This document shows positions 24,316-32,603 of a stretch of 36,194 nucleotides of DNA, one piece after another. Within the stretch, counting starts at the first letter, position 1. Each line of letters opens with the position of its first letter. This DNA comes from Polyangiaceae bacterium (GTDB lineage: Bacteria; Myxococcota_A; Polyangia; Polyangiales; Polyangiaceae), in the NCBI GenBank assembly GCA_049578005.1, contig JBAULD010000067.1, forward strand, positions 1-36,194, written 5' to 3'. The notes beneath the pieces are model-generated. The model saw only the letters and a program-made list of their open reading frames with translations, was not told where the DNA came from and did not search any database. The translations under genes and the position numbers were made by a program.

Positions 24316-25780
24316 AGGTCGTGAGGATCGACGTTCGAGCGGCGCGCGCTTGCTCGTGATCGATGGCTTCGATGTGGTGAAACGGCGCGAACTCGAAGAT
24401 GTCTTGCTTTTGCGGACTCTCGTCGAGAACACGCGCAAGGTCGGCGAGATTTCGAATGCCCTGGCCATTCACGCGGTCGACCACCAAAGGTACCGACGGA
24501 TCGACGCCTGCGTTGACCGGATTGCTGAAGACCCGCGCAAGCAGGACCACCTCGTGGTCGAGGTCCGCAGGGGGTTCCCACGACCGGAACGCGAGCTCGT
24601 GGAGGATGGCCGCTCTCCGCGCCCCGGAAGGGCGCGTCGCAGCGAAATACTCGAGCGTCGCGGGGACGAAGAGCAGGCCCGCGTAGACGAGGTACCTCGG
24701 CTTGGATTGCGCCTGTCGAAGACGAGCCCACGGCAGAAATTGACTGGCTTTCCACTCCACCCGGACGGCCCTTCCGTCACGCCAAACTTCGAATCGGACG
24801 CGCTGCCCGAGCGACTTCATGTCCACCACGTGAAAGAACGGAACGCGCGCGGCCCCCAACATGCACGTGCCGTCGTCGGCCACGCGCTGTCCGTCGACCG
24901 ACATGAGCACGTCGCCCGGCGCCAGCGCCATACTCAGATCGCTGCCCGGAGCTACCTCTTGGACGACCACGCCGCTCCTCGCGTCCGGGAGCTTGCGCTC
25001 GCGTCGGTACGCCGGCGAGTTCAGGGGCAAGACGCGAAGGGGGAGGTCCGAAAAGCCTGCGTAGTGGCCGTCCAGGAAGTCGTCGAGGAAATGTCGGACG
25101 ATGGGACCGGGGATGAAAAAGCCGACGCTCTGCGCGCTCGTGACATATTGGAACGCGACCCCAACGGCCGCACCGTGCTGCACTACGGGACCGCCGCTGT
25201 TGCCGGGATTGATCGCGGCGTCGGTCTGGACGACGAGGTGTCTCGACAGACCCTCGAGATACGCCCCGTGCTCCACGCGCGAGACGACGCCCGCAGTCGT
25301 CGAGAGCTCCAGGCCCCCGAGCGGGTAGCCATACGTGACGACACCCGAACCAATTTGGGGGAGATCGCCGATCCGAAGGGGACGCAATCCCCGGAGAAAC
25401 GACTTGTTTGGAACGCGCAGGAGCGCCAGGTCGCAACCGTCGTCCACGGCCTCCACGGTCGCGAGCGCCGGAGCGGAGCCGTCGTTCTTCTTGACGGTCA
25501 CTTGCTGAGCGTCCCGAACGACGTGCGCGTTGGTGAGCAGGCGGTCGCCTTCGATCAAGAAGCCGGTGCCGGAGACAGATTGCGGTGGCAAGAGCTTCCA
25601 CGGCGCCGTCCAGTCGGGTCCCGCGCGCGAGACTTCGATGCGCACCACTGCGGCGCGCGTGTCTTCATCCGAGGGCTCCCTCGCGGATGCGGCCCCGGCC
25701 CCGAAAGGAAGCACGAGCCAGACGATGGAGACGGCTAGCAGAGCCGGCCGCGTGAAGGCGCGCAAGCGGGTACGAGGCAT
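24287..25780 (-). CDS. Secreted/periplasmic trypsin-like serine protease of the Deg/HtrA (S1C) type with C-terminal PDZ-like domains
   Basis: 497 aa with a signal peptide (ALLAVSIVWLVLPFGAGAASA). The catalytic triad contexts are LLTNAHVV, GCDLALLRV and INPGNSGGPVV. PDZ-like segments follow (GVVVQEVAPGS...GDVLMSVDG). Confidence 0.8.
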   Translation of the reverse strand: MPRTRLRAFTRPALLAVSIVWLVLPFGAGAASAREPSDEDTRAAVVRIEVSRAGPDWTAPWKLLPPQSVSGTGFLIEGDRLLTNAHVVRDAQQVTVKKNDGSAPALATVEAVDDGCDLALLRVPNKSFLRGLRPLRIGDLPQIGSGVVTYGYPLGGLELSTTAGVVSRVEHGAYLEGLSRHLVVQTDAAINPGNSGGPVVQHGAAVGVAFQYVTSAQSVGFFIPGPIVRHFLDDFLDGHYAGFSDLPLRVLPLNSPAYRRERKLPDARSGVVVQEVAPGSDLSMALAPGDVLMSVDGQRVADDGTCMLGAARVPFFHVVDMKSLGQRVRFEVWRDGRAVRVEWKASQFLPWARLRQAQSKPRYLVYAGLLFVPATLEYFAATRPSGARRAAILHELAFRSWEPPADLDHEVVLLARVFSNPVNAGVDPSVPLVVDRVNGQGIRNLADLARVLDESPQKQDIFEFAPFHHIEAIDHEQARAARTSILTTYGISDDKSL

Positions 25781-25835
25781 CGGCCCATAAGGAAGTCTCG
25801 GCGGCCCTACACTGTCAAGCAGACTGCAGGCCCGG

Positions 25836-26843
25836 TCAGGGGGTGGCCAACGGTGCGGCCCCGGCGCCTAGCGCCGGTATGACGTCCAACCGGCTCAGGG
25901 GCCCTCGCATGGTCCAAGCGTAGAATCCGTCCGCGCGCTTCGATTGTTTGATGCGGGGGTCCGCGAGCTCGAAGAGCGGGGGCGCGTTCGAGCCCGGAGC
26001 GCCGAAAAGACTCTTCGTAATATCGCTCTGACCACGGTACGCGTCGTTGATCCGGAACCGCACTTGCGTGTCGCAGAGCGACTCGGAGGAAATGTCGCGC
26101 ATCGTTATCCGACCTTCACCCTGCAAGTCCAGGTCTTTGCCCCCTGCGGCCAACTTCGTAATCTTGAGGAGCCCGTCTTTGGCTTCTCCCCCGACCGTGA
26201 TCGTTCCAACGTGGATGGTGGGAAGCGCGAGCGCCCCCTTGATCTTGGCCTTGCCGTCACCCACTGCGACGTCGCTCACCACGAGCGACACCGACCCGGT
26301 GGCCTTGGACATGCGCCCGTCGGGCATCTTCAAGTCGACCGACCCGCTCATATTTCCTTGCAGAGGAACGCCGAGAACCCGCACGAGCGGTTCGACCCGA
26401 CTGATGTCGATCGCGTCGAGCGACAGAGCCAGGGACTGGTCTTTTCCGCTGGTTTCGTACGAACCACTCAATTCACCGCCGAACGCGTGCGCGTCGAAGG
26501 ACATGGTGCTGCCCCCGAAGAGCGAGGAGAGAATCCCGTAGCGGAATGTCGCGTCCTCGATCTCGATCTTTTGAGGGGGTTGGCCGGGCTCGGTGGAGGC
26601 GGTGAAGAGGCGAACCCCCTTCACGCGAGCGCCGCTCAGCCAGTAGCCGCTCATCTCGTCGATCTGCAGCTCCTGGTTGCCTCCCGTCGCGTGCTGCTGG
26701 GCGTTGAAGGCGCCGATCACGTGCTCTTTCAATTTGCCGTATGGAAACGTCAGCGCGGCAAAGACCATCAAGCAGGCGAGATAAAACAAAGGATACCCCA
26801 CCCACTTCGCGTGCTGGGCGTATTTCAGGAGTCGTTCCTTCAC
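25836..26843 (-). CDS. gspN: Type II secretion system protein GspN (probable)
   Basis: 335 aa with a GTG start that overlaps the gspM stop (GTGA). It has an N-terminal TM helix (VGYPLFYLACLMVFAALTF) and a large periplasmic beta-rich domain. Its position after gspM in the operon matches GspN. The family call rests mainly on synteny. Confidence 0.55.
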   Translation of the reverse strand: MKERLLKYAQHAKWVGYPLFYLACLMVFAALTFPYGKLKEHVIGAFNAQQHATGGNQELQIDEMSGYWLSGARVKGVRLFTASTEPGQPPQKIEIEDATFRYGILSSLFGGSTMSFDAHAFGGELSGSYETSGKDQSLALSLDAIDISRVEPLVRVLGVPLQGNMSGSVDLKMPDGRMSKATGSVSLVVSDVAVGDGKAKIKGALALPTIHVGTITVGGEAKDGLLKITKLAAGGKDLDLQGEGRITMRDISSESLCDTQVRFRINDAYRGQSDITKSLFGAPGSNAPPLFELADPRIKQSKRADGFYAWTMRGPLSRLDVIPALGAGAAPLATP

Positions 26844-27394
26844 GGCTTCGAACTCCCCGCCGGCGCCACTTCGGTGCGGTCGTACGACGATACGCCGATC
26901 TCGATGTCGTACGAATCGTTCTCTCCGCTTCGCTTGCGGATGTTCAGGCGATTGACGGCCACCGGATACCCGCTTTCCTCGATGGACTCGAGGAACTTCG
27001 CGAACGCCAGCATTCCCGTCTTCTTGAGGTGAATGTTGGTCCCATGCTCCACATAACGCTTTCCATGGGGCACGTCCGGTAGCGGCGTCGAGTCGGTGAC
27101 CTCGAGCTTCTGTTGGCGAGCCCCGGGCTCGAGGTAGCCCGCGAGCGACGGCGCCTTCTTCGCGTAGCGAAGGACAATCGCGTCCTTCTTGGCCTGCCGC
27201 TCCCGCACCCGCCCGCGCGCGTCTTGAACGTCGGCGAGGGCCTGGCGGAGCTCTTCGTTGTCCGACGCGCTCGATCGCACGATCGCCTCGAGACCGAACG
27301 GCACGGCGAGGAGCAGGACGAGCGCCCCGACCGCTCCGAGGGCTCCCACGACTCTGCGCTCGCGCGCGCTCATCTCGAGAATGGGGCCGGCCAT
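26840..27394 (-). CDS. gspM: Type II secretion system protein GspM (PilO-like)
   Basis: A short cytoplasmic N-terminus is followed by a TM helix (VVGALGAVGALVLLLAVPF), a coiled-coil and a ferredoxin-like C-domain. It sits between gspL and gspN. The ATG at 27394 lies 1 nt after the gspL stop and is preferred. A GTG at 27442 would overlap gspL by 47 nt. Confidence 0.55.
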   Translation of the reverse strand: MAGPILEMSARERRVVGALGAVGALVLLLAVPFGLEAIVRSSASDNEELRQALADVQDARGRVRERQAKKDAIVLRYAKKAPSLAGYLEPGARQQKLEVTDSTPLPDVPHGKRYVEHGTNIHLKKTGMLAFAKFLESIEESGYPVAVNRLNIRKRSGENDSYDIEIGVSSYDRTEVAPAGSSKP

Positions 27395-27395
27395 C

Positions 27396-28913
27396 TCACT
27401 TGCTCCCGGAGCCGCTCGCGGCGGCGCTGGTGGACGAGTCACCCTTCTTCTTGGGAAGGTTCTTGACGTCCTCCGGACACTTCAGGTCGAGTTCGAGGAC
27501 GTATTTCTGTCTATCCCCGCCGACCGCTTGCGTCGTGCTCTTTATCTTCACGTCGTTGAGACACTTGTCGTCCGAAAGTGTCGAGGCGATCGCGTTGGCG
27601 TCGGCGATCGCTCCGACGACGCCATGTACGACCACGTGGCCCTTCTGGATGTCGAGTTCGTCGATGTCGTGCTTCATCGACGAAGGGATGGCGTCCGACA
27701 GGCGGACCATCACGTCGAAGGCATCGGCGTGCGGCATCGGGTCTTCGTCGGTGAGCGCCACTTCCTTGGCGAGCAAGTCCTGGGCGTCCTGCGCCGTCGT
27801 GGCCTCCGTGCCCAACACCTCCTTGGTGACCGCGCCGAGCGCGCTCTCGAGCGCGTCGTGTTCGGCATGGATCGCGTGAAGGCGCGCCCACGCGCTGAAG
27901 CCGAAGCTCACGAGGATGGTCGAGGCCAGGCCCGCCAAGATCGGAATTCGCTCGCGCACCCACGCAAAGCTGCGCTCGAACGCGAGCGGGCCGCGTCGCA
28001 GGTTCATCCCTGCGCCTCGCCCGGCGAGCGACAGAGCCAGCGCAACCGCTTTGGCATAACGCGGCAACTCCTGCGCGCGATCGGCACCGATCGAACTCAG
28101 GTCGATCGTCGGCTCCGGGAGGATGCGCACCGGCATCTCGAGCGCGCTCGACAGGAAACCCTCGGCGCCCGCGATGAACGCCCCTCCGCCGCAGAGGTAC
28201 ACACTGCCCGGCGCCGCTCCCCCGCGCGAGCGGTGCGCGGCGAACGTCATGCCGATGTCCCGCGCGAGCTGCGGCGCCGTTCCGGGCAACCCCTCCGTCC
28301 CCGCAGAGAGCGTTCGAGCCGACAGCGGCTCTCCGCGCTCGAGCACGAGAACTTCGCTCGTCTTGGCGCCGAGGTCGACGATGGCGACCGCCTCCTCCTC
28401 CCCAAGCACCGCCACGTAGGGAACGAGCCCGGCGAGCGCGAAGGCGCCGACCGCGACCCGTTCCGGCTCCTGCGCAATCGCCCCTCGCACGAGGTCGATT
28501 CGGGCTCGAACGTCCTCGATACGTGCGACCGCCGCGACGATGGGAAGCTCCCCGCGCTCGGCCCCGTGCTCGAGCAGCCGCCAGTCGAACACCGCGCTCT
28601 CGAGATCGAACGGCACCTGCGACTCGAGCTCGTACGTGAGCACGTCCGCGAGCTGTTTCTGTGCGGTCGCCGGAAGAACGAGACGATGAATCGCCGCTCG
28701 CGACCCGTCGATCGCGACGGCCATCGCGTCGGCGGGGTGCGCCTCTCCTTCCATCACCTGCTTTACCGCCGCCCGGATCGCCTCCACGTTCCCGCCACTG
28801 GCTGCGACCTCGGCGGTAGCGAGGCGCGCGAGCGCGATCTTGCGGTACGCGGAGCGGATCAACGCCGCCTTCACGCTCGTGCTCCCGATGTCGATGCCCA
28901 ACCACGTCGGCAT
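27396..28913 (-). CDS. gspL: Type II secretion system protein GspL with PilM/actin-like N-terminal domain
   Basis: 505 aa. MPTWLGIDIGSTSVKAALI and VDLGAKTSEV are actin-like ATPase phosphate motifs. A mid-protein TM helix (ILAGLASTILVSFGFSAW) is followed by a periplasmic C-domain. A GAGGAG RBS lies upstream of the ATG at 28913. Confidence 0.72.
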   Translation of the reverse strand: MPTWLGIDIGSTSVKAALIRSAYRKIALARLATAEVAASGGNVEAIRAAVKQVMEGEAHPADAMAVAIDGSRAAIHRLVLPATAQKQLADVLTYELESQVPFDLESAVFDWRLLEHGAERGELPIVAAVARIEDVRARIDLVRGAIAQEPERVAVGAFALAGLVPYVAVLGEEEAVAIVDLGAKTSEVLVLERGEPLSARTLSAGTEGLPGTAPQLARDIGMTFAAHRSRGGAAPGSVYLCGGGAFIAGAEGFLSSALEMPVRILPEPTIDLSSIGADRAQELPRYAKAVALALSLAGRGAGMNLRRGPLAFERSFAWVRERIPILAGLASTILVSFGFSAWARLHAIHAEHDALESALGAVTKEVLGTEATTAQDAQDLLAKEVALTDEDPMPHADAFDVMVRLSDAIPSSMKHDIDELDIQKGHVVVHGVVGAIADANAIASTLSDDKCLNDVKIKSTTQAVGGDRQKYVLELDLKCPEDVKNLPKKKGDSSTSAAASGSGSK

Positions 28914-28931
28914 GTCCGCCGTTCTCCTCGC

Positions 28932-30335
28932 CTACTCGATGTCGTAAAAGAGCACTTGACCGCCCACGCTCGGCTGGAGCGCGAGGGCGATCGCGTTCGC
29001 TTCCTGCGAAGACGTCGAACCCGCGCCCGTCGTTCCGGCGGCCGTGGAGCCGGTCGGCGGGGCCCCCGTTTGGCCGCCGAGCAGCGACGGCGCCGTGCGG
29101 AAATCGACGACAGTATGGATCTTCACGCGCGTTTCGCGCCGATAGCCTTTGACGACCCCCACCGCATACATCGAAAAGACCTTGCTCTCTGTGGAGATGC
29201 TCTTCGCAAAGTCGCTCTCGGAGAGAAACTTCACCGGTTTCAGGCCCAAGAGCGCGAGCAGCGGGCCCAGCGTCCCCTGCCCTTTCATGGTCGAGATGAA
29301 GTCGTTGGGAGAATTGAAGAGCGGAGCCCCCATCGTGATGCCCTGACCCATGGTCACGCCCATCACGAAGAGCTGCATCTGCGCGGGGTCCGAGCAAAGG
29401 TCCGAGGTCGGGGCCGTCCCCGAGCAAACGATCGCGTAGAGCGTGAGCGCGTTCGCCGTGTTGACGTTCACGGTCCCCTGGCCCCAGACCGTCATTTCCC
29501 GCTTTCGTGGATCGGTCGGGTTCGGATCGACGAACGTCGCCCAGAAATCGTCGGTGACGCCGCGCACCATGTGCAGCTCTTCGAGCGAGTCGTACGGGGC
29601 GTTCTTGCGGCGGTAGGGCTTCGGCAGGAGCTGATACCACGCGTCCTCCGCCGCGTTCGACGACGGCGCGTTCGTCACATCGCACGAATAGAGCTGCTCG
29701 TCCGGATCGGGCCAATCGATGATGGCGGCGCAGGTCGTCAGCCGGTCGCTGTAGTTTCCGGTGGAGTCGCGCTGGGTGAAGAGCGGATCGTATTGAATGG
29801 GCGCCATCCGGCCCATGATTTCTTTGGCCAGTCGAATGTGCGCGATTTCGTTGGCCGCACCCATGTTCACGTTGATCTTCGAGTCTTCGTCGACGATGAC
29901 GACTTCGAAGTGGCCTCCCTTGAGGCCAAGGTTCTTTCCGAGGGCCGTGTCGGCCCCCGAAAGGGCGAAGAAGTCTTCCGAAGCCTCTTTGTCGTTGAAC
30001 GCGCCGAGAATACGGTCGGCGTATTGCCACACGGGCAGCTGCGGCGGCGTCTGCTTCATGAGCATGAAGAGCGGAGCGATGGCCTTGCGCATGGTCGGCT
30101 CGGCGGCCACGAGCAGACGCGAGAGGTTGATCGCGCTCCGGGCAAAGTACTCCGCCTGGACTTCGTCGCGCACCGCCGTGGACGACGCGAACTCCGACCC
30201 GGCGTCGTCTTGAAGCTCGGCGAGCATCACGATCATGATGACGATCGCCCCGAGCACCATGATGAGGGCCACGCCGCGCTCGCGCTTTCTGCGGAGCGCG
30301 CGAAGAACCGCTCGCCGGGAGGGGGAGCTCGTCAT
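28932..30335 (-). CDS. gspK: Type II secretion system minor pseudopilin GspK
   Basis: From the ATG at 30335, which overlaps the gspJ stop (ATGA): ...RGVALIMVLGAIVIMIVMLAELQDD. This is the typical GspK hydrophobic N-terminus without Glu+5. The product is large (467 aa). Confidence 0.78.
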   Translation of the reverse strand: MTSSPSRRAVLRALRRKRERGVALIMVLGAIVIMIVMLAELQDDAGSEFASSTAVRDEVQAEYFARSAINLSRLLVAAEPTMRKAIAPLFMLMKQTPPQLPVWQYADRILGAFNDKEASEDFFALSGADTALGKNLGLKGGHFEVVIVDEDSKINVNMGAANEIAHIRLAKEIMGRMAPIQYDPLFTQRDSTGNYSDRLTTCAAIIDWPDPDEQLYSCDVTNAPSSNAAEDAWYQLLPKPYRRKNAPYDSLEELHMVRGVTDDFWATFVDPNPTDPRKREMTVWGQGTVNVNTANALTLYAIVCSGTAPTSDLCSDPAQMQLFVMGVTMGQGITMGAPLFNSPNDFISTMKGQGTLGPLLALLGLKPVKFLSESDFAKSISTESKVFSMYAVGVVKGYRRETRVKIHTVVDFRTAPSLLGGQTGAPPTGSTAAGTTGAGSTSSQEANAIALALQPSVGGQVLFYDIE

Positions 30336-31033
30336 TGCCTGGGAATTCCGAAGGAGAGCGGTTGCTGGATGGGAATGAAGACCTTCGTCGTATAGGCGTA
30401 GGGTGGGCCGCCGCCGACTCCGTTGAGTACGAGCGTGATCTTGACCTCGAGCGGAAGGCGGTTGGGCTGCCCGGTAACCTGCATGGAGTCCCAGGTCTCC
30501 ACCCATTGGCCGGTCTGCGGATCGAGGAAGCGCAGGTCGAACTGGTCCACGTCCTCGGCGACGACGTTGACGATGCCGCCCTTGAGAGGGTCGATGTCGA
30601 TGGGGGTTTGTTCGCGACGGACGAGATCCATCTTGTCTGGAGAGTCCGGGTTTCTCACGACGAAGTAACCCACCTCCGCCTGGTCGGACTCGTGCGAATC
30701 GCGATCTGTGCGCATGTGGGCGAAAGCCGTGAAGTCGATCCGGTCGAATGGCAGCGAACTGCGGCCCACGAACGCGGTCTTTTGCGTCACGAGCGCCTGC
30801 ACGGAGGGAACGTGCAACGAGAGGTACGCCGCCGAAAGGTCGCGGACGATTCGTTGGAGCGCCTCGCGTCCTTCGTGCGCACGCTCCGCGCGCTGCTCTT
30901 CGCCCTTCTTACCCCGCGACAGCGACTGGATTACTCCGTGGATGAGTACGGAGATCCCCGCCAGTACGGCGATGGCGACCATGACTTCGACCATGGTCAT
31001 GCCGCGAGTCGCAGCGGTCGTGCGGCGCTTCAT
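30332..31033 (-). CDS. gspJ: Type II secretion system minor pseudopilin GspJ
   Basis: The ATG at 31033 overlaps the gspI stop (ATGA). It has a prepilin-type N-terminus (MKRRTTAATRG|MTMVEVMVAIAVLAG), is 233 aa long, and sits between gspI and gspK. Confidence 0.72.
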   Translation of the reverse strand: MKRRTTAATRGMTMVEVMVAIAVLAGISVLIHGVIQSLSRGKKGEEQRAERAHEGREALQRIVRDLSAAYLSLHVPSVQALVTQKTAFVGRSSLPFDRIDFTAFAHMRTDRDSHESDQAEVGYFVVRNPDSPDKMDLVRREQTPIDIDPLKGGIVNVVAEDVDQFDLRFLDPQTGQWVETWDSMQVTGQPNRLPLEVKITLVLNGVGGGPPYAYTTKVFIPIQQPLSFGIPRQ

Positions 31034-31812
31034 CGCGGCACCTGCGGCGTGCCGCCGCCGACGTTCACGGGGTTGCCGCCCTCCGGGAGGGCGCCCGCGT
31101 CCAGCATCCCGGCGAGCAATCCGGCGCGCGACGGATTCGTAACGTATTGCGTCAGCGAAAAGTCGCGGACGGTGAGGCCCTCCCTCCAGTGCACGACGAC
31201 CGTGATTCGCCGTATCGCGCTTTCGAGGAGCGGCTTGAGCGAGGGGTACACGAGCGCAAACACCATCGAAAGAAGGCCGGACGCGCCCGCCCCGCCGAAC
31301 GATTGCTGCAGCGACTGACCGATGTTCTGAAGGCCCGCGTCGAAGTCGAGCTGCGCACCCCCTGCCGGGTTGAGGAGCGAGCCGACCCCGCCGCCGAACG
31401 AACTCGAAAGACCGCTCCCGATCGCCCCGGCGTCGAGCCCGAGGCCTCCACCGAGAACCGAGCCGGCACCGCCGTCCGCACCGAGCGCGGTGATTTGGGG
31501 CAGCGTCACACGCTCGACCTGCCAGTCGCACGAAAAACCCGGTACTTCCTTGTCGTCGCAGCAGACCTGGCTGCTGTCCTTTTCTTCGATCTCGGGAAAT
31601 CCGAGCTTGAGCTGCTTCTCCTCGACCTCACTCATGCGGCACCGGCCAAGCGCGACGGCCTGACTCATATTGGCCGCGGTCTGGTTGCCGGCGACGAGGC
31701 CCGCTTGAGCGGAAAGGATCGTCGTGACGACCGCTCCGAAAAGGGCGACGGCCACCATGACTTCGAGAAGGGAAAATCCCCTTCTACGGCTCAGGTTTCG
31801 TCGCCGGTTCAT
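31030..31812 (-). CDS. gspI: Type II secretion system minor pseudopilin GspI with large Gly-rich insertion
   Basis: Prepilin N-terminus MNRRRNLSRRRG|FSLLEVMVAVALFG. The GspI-like core strands (FSCDWQVERVTLP ... IRRITVVVHWREG) are split by about 95 aa of Gly/Ser/Leu/Ala-rich sequence. The product is 260 aa. Confidence 0.68.
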   Translation of the reverse strand: MNRRRNLSRRRGFSLLEVMVAVALFGAVVTTILSAQAGLVAGNQTAANMSQAVALGRCRMSEVEEKQLKLGFPEIEEKDSSQVCCDDKEVPGFSCDWQVERVTLPQITALGADGGAGSVLGGGLGLDAGAIGSGLSSSFGGGVGSLLNPAGGAQLDFDAGLQNIGQSLQQSFGGAGASGLLSMVFALVYPSLKPLLESAIRRITVVVHWREGLTVRDFSLTQYVTNPSRAGLLAGMLDAGALPEGGNPVNVGGGTPQVPR

Positions 31813-31815
31813 CGC

Positions 31816-32523
31816 TCAAAACCCGGTGTCCTGGCGGTCCGAGGCGTGATCGTCGTCGGTCGGGACTTCCAATTCGGCGGGGCCCGACTTGACCGTCACT
31901 TTGCCCGTCAACGGCGACACGAGCACGGTGAGGACGCCGGAGCGATCGTCCTCGCTGCCCATCCGGAGCTGGATGGACGCGCGCTCGGTTCGACCGCCAG
32001 GCCAGAAATAGAGATAGGCGCGCCCTCGTCGCCGAGGCGTATCGTCATGGGTGGTCTGTACCGATCGAAACTTGATTCCGCCCTGAAGCGACTTGCCCCC
32101 CTTCCCCGTTTCGACGTCTCCGAAGCCGTACGCTTCGATCGCGGTGAATCGAGGCTTGGGGACGGGCGGCCCTTTGACGATTCGATCGCCGGCCTCGACG
32201 GCCGCCTTCTCCGCTTGCGTGATCGCTTCGGCCCCTCCTGTCGCTGCGGAGTCCGACGACTTGACGAGCATCGGGATGTCACTCTGTTCGAGCCAGATCT
32301 TCTGCTGGTCGAGGTCCATCACGAGCCGCAGGTCGCGCGACGTGGCGGTCGCGCGCGTGTAGGCGACCTTGACCGCGCTCGCGATCATCGTGGCCGAGCG
32401 GCGCAACCGAGCGGCCGGAAGTTGCATGGACCCGGCGATAGCCACCCCCGAGACGAGGGCGACGATCGTCATCACGATCATGATTTCGATGAGCGTCAGG
32501 CCTCTCTGCCCGACACGGCCCAT
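31816..32523 (-). CDS. gspH: Type II secretion system minor pseudopilin GspH (probable)
   Basis: Prepilin N-terminus MGRVGQRG|LTLIEIMIVMTIVALVSG from the ATG at 32523, giving 235 aa. Alternative starts are an ATG at 32559 and a GTG at 32607 that overlaps the gspG stop. Confidence 0.62.
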   Translation of the reverse strand: MGRVGQRGLTLIEIMIVMTIVALVSGVAIAGSMQLPAARLRRSATMIASAVKVAYTRATATSRDLRLVMDLDQQKIWLEQSDIPMLVKSSDSAATGGAEAITQAEKAAVEAGDRIVKGPPVPKPRFTAIEAYGFGDVETGKGGKSLQGGIKFRSVQTTHDDTPRRRGRAYLYFWPGGRTERASIQLRMGSEDDRSGVLTVLVSPLTGKVTVKSGPAELEVPTDDDHASDRQDTGF

Positions 32524-32534
32524 GCCCCCCTCGG

Positions 32535-32583
32535 GTCCCCCGGCGGCGCGGGGGGACATCGAGCGGGGCGGCGCCTGCGCGCC
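32535..32583 (-). promoter_or_regulatory. GC-rich hairpins in the gspG-gspH spacer (candidate intercistronic attenuator)
   Basis: GTCCCCC (32535..32541) pairs with GGGGGAC (32551..32557), a 7-bp stem. GGCGC (32570..32574) pairs with GCGCC (32579..32583) around a tetraloop. This is the only sizeable spacer (80 nt) inside the otherwise overlapping or abutting operon. Confidence 0.35.
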
Positions 32584-32603
32584 AGGGGAGACGAGGGGTT
32601 CGT

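Noticed and set aside
25781-25835. TTGACA hexamer (minus strand, complement of 25813..25818) upstream of the active protease gene
   Set aside because: There is no plausible -10 at 16-19 nt spacing. The hexamer lies only 33 nt from the start codon. Co-transcription with gspN is at least as likely.
27258-30395. 1045-aa plus-strand ORF and the 839-aa minus-strand ORF (27511..30030) over the gspL/gspK region
   Set aside because: These are shadow or alternate frames of gspL and gspK. They are Arg-rich low-complexity translations without recognisable domains. The gspL and gspK frames carry the family motifs and the operon-consistent starts and stops.
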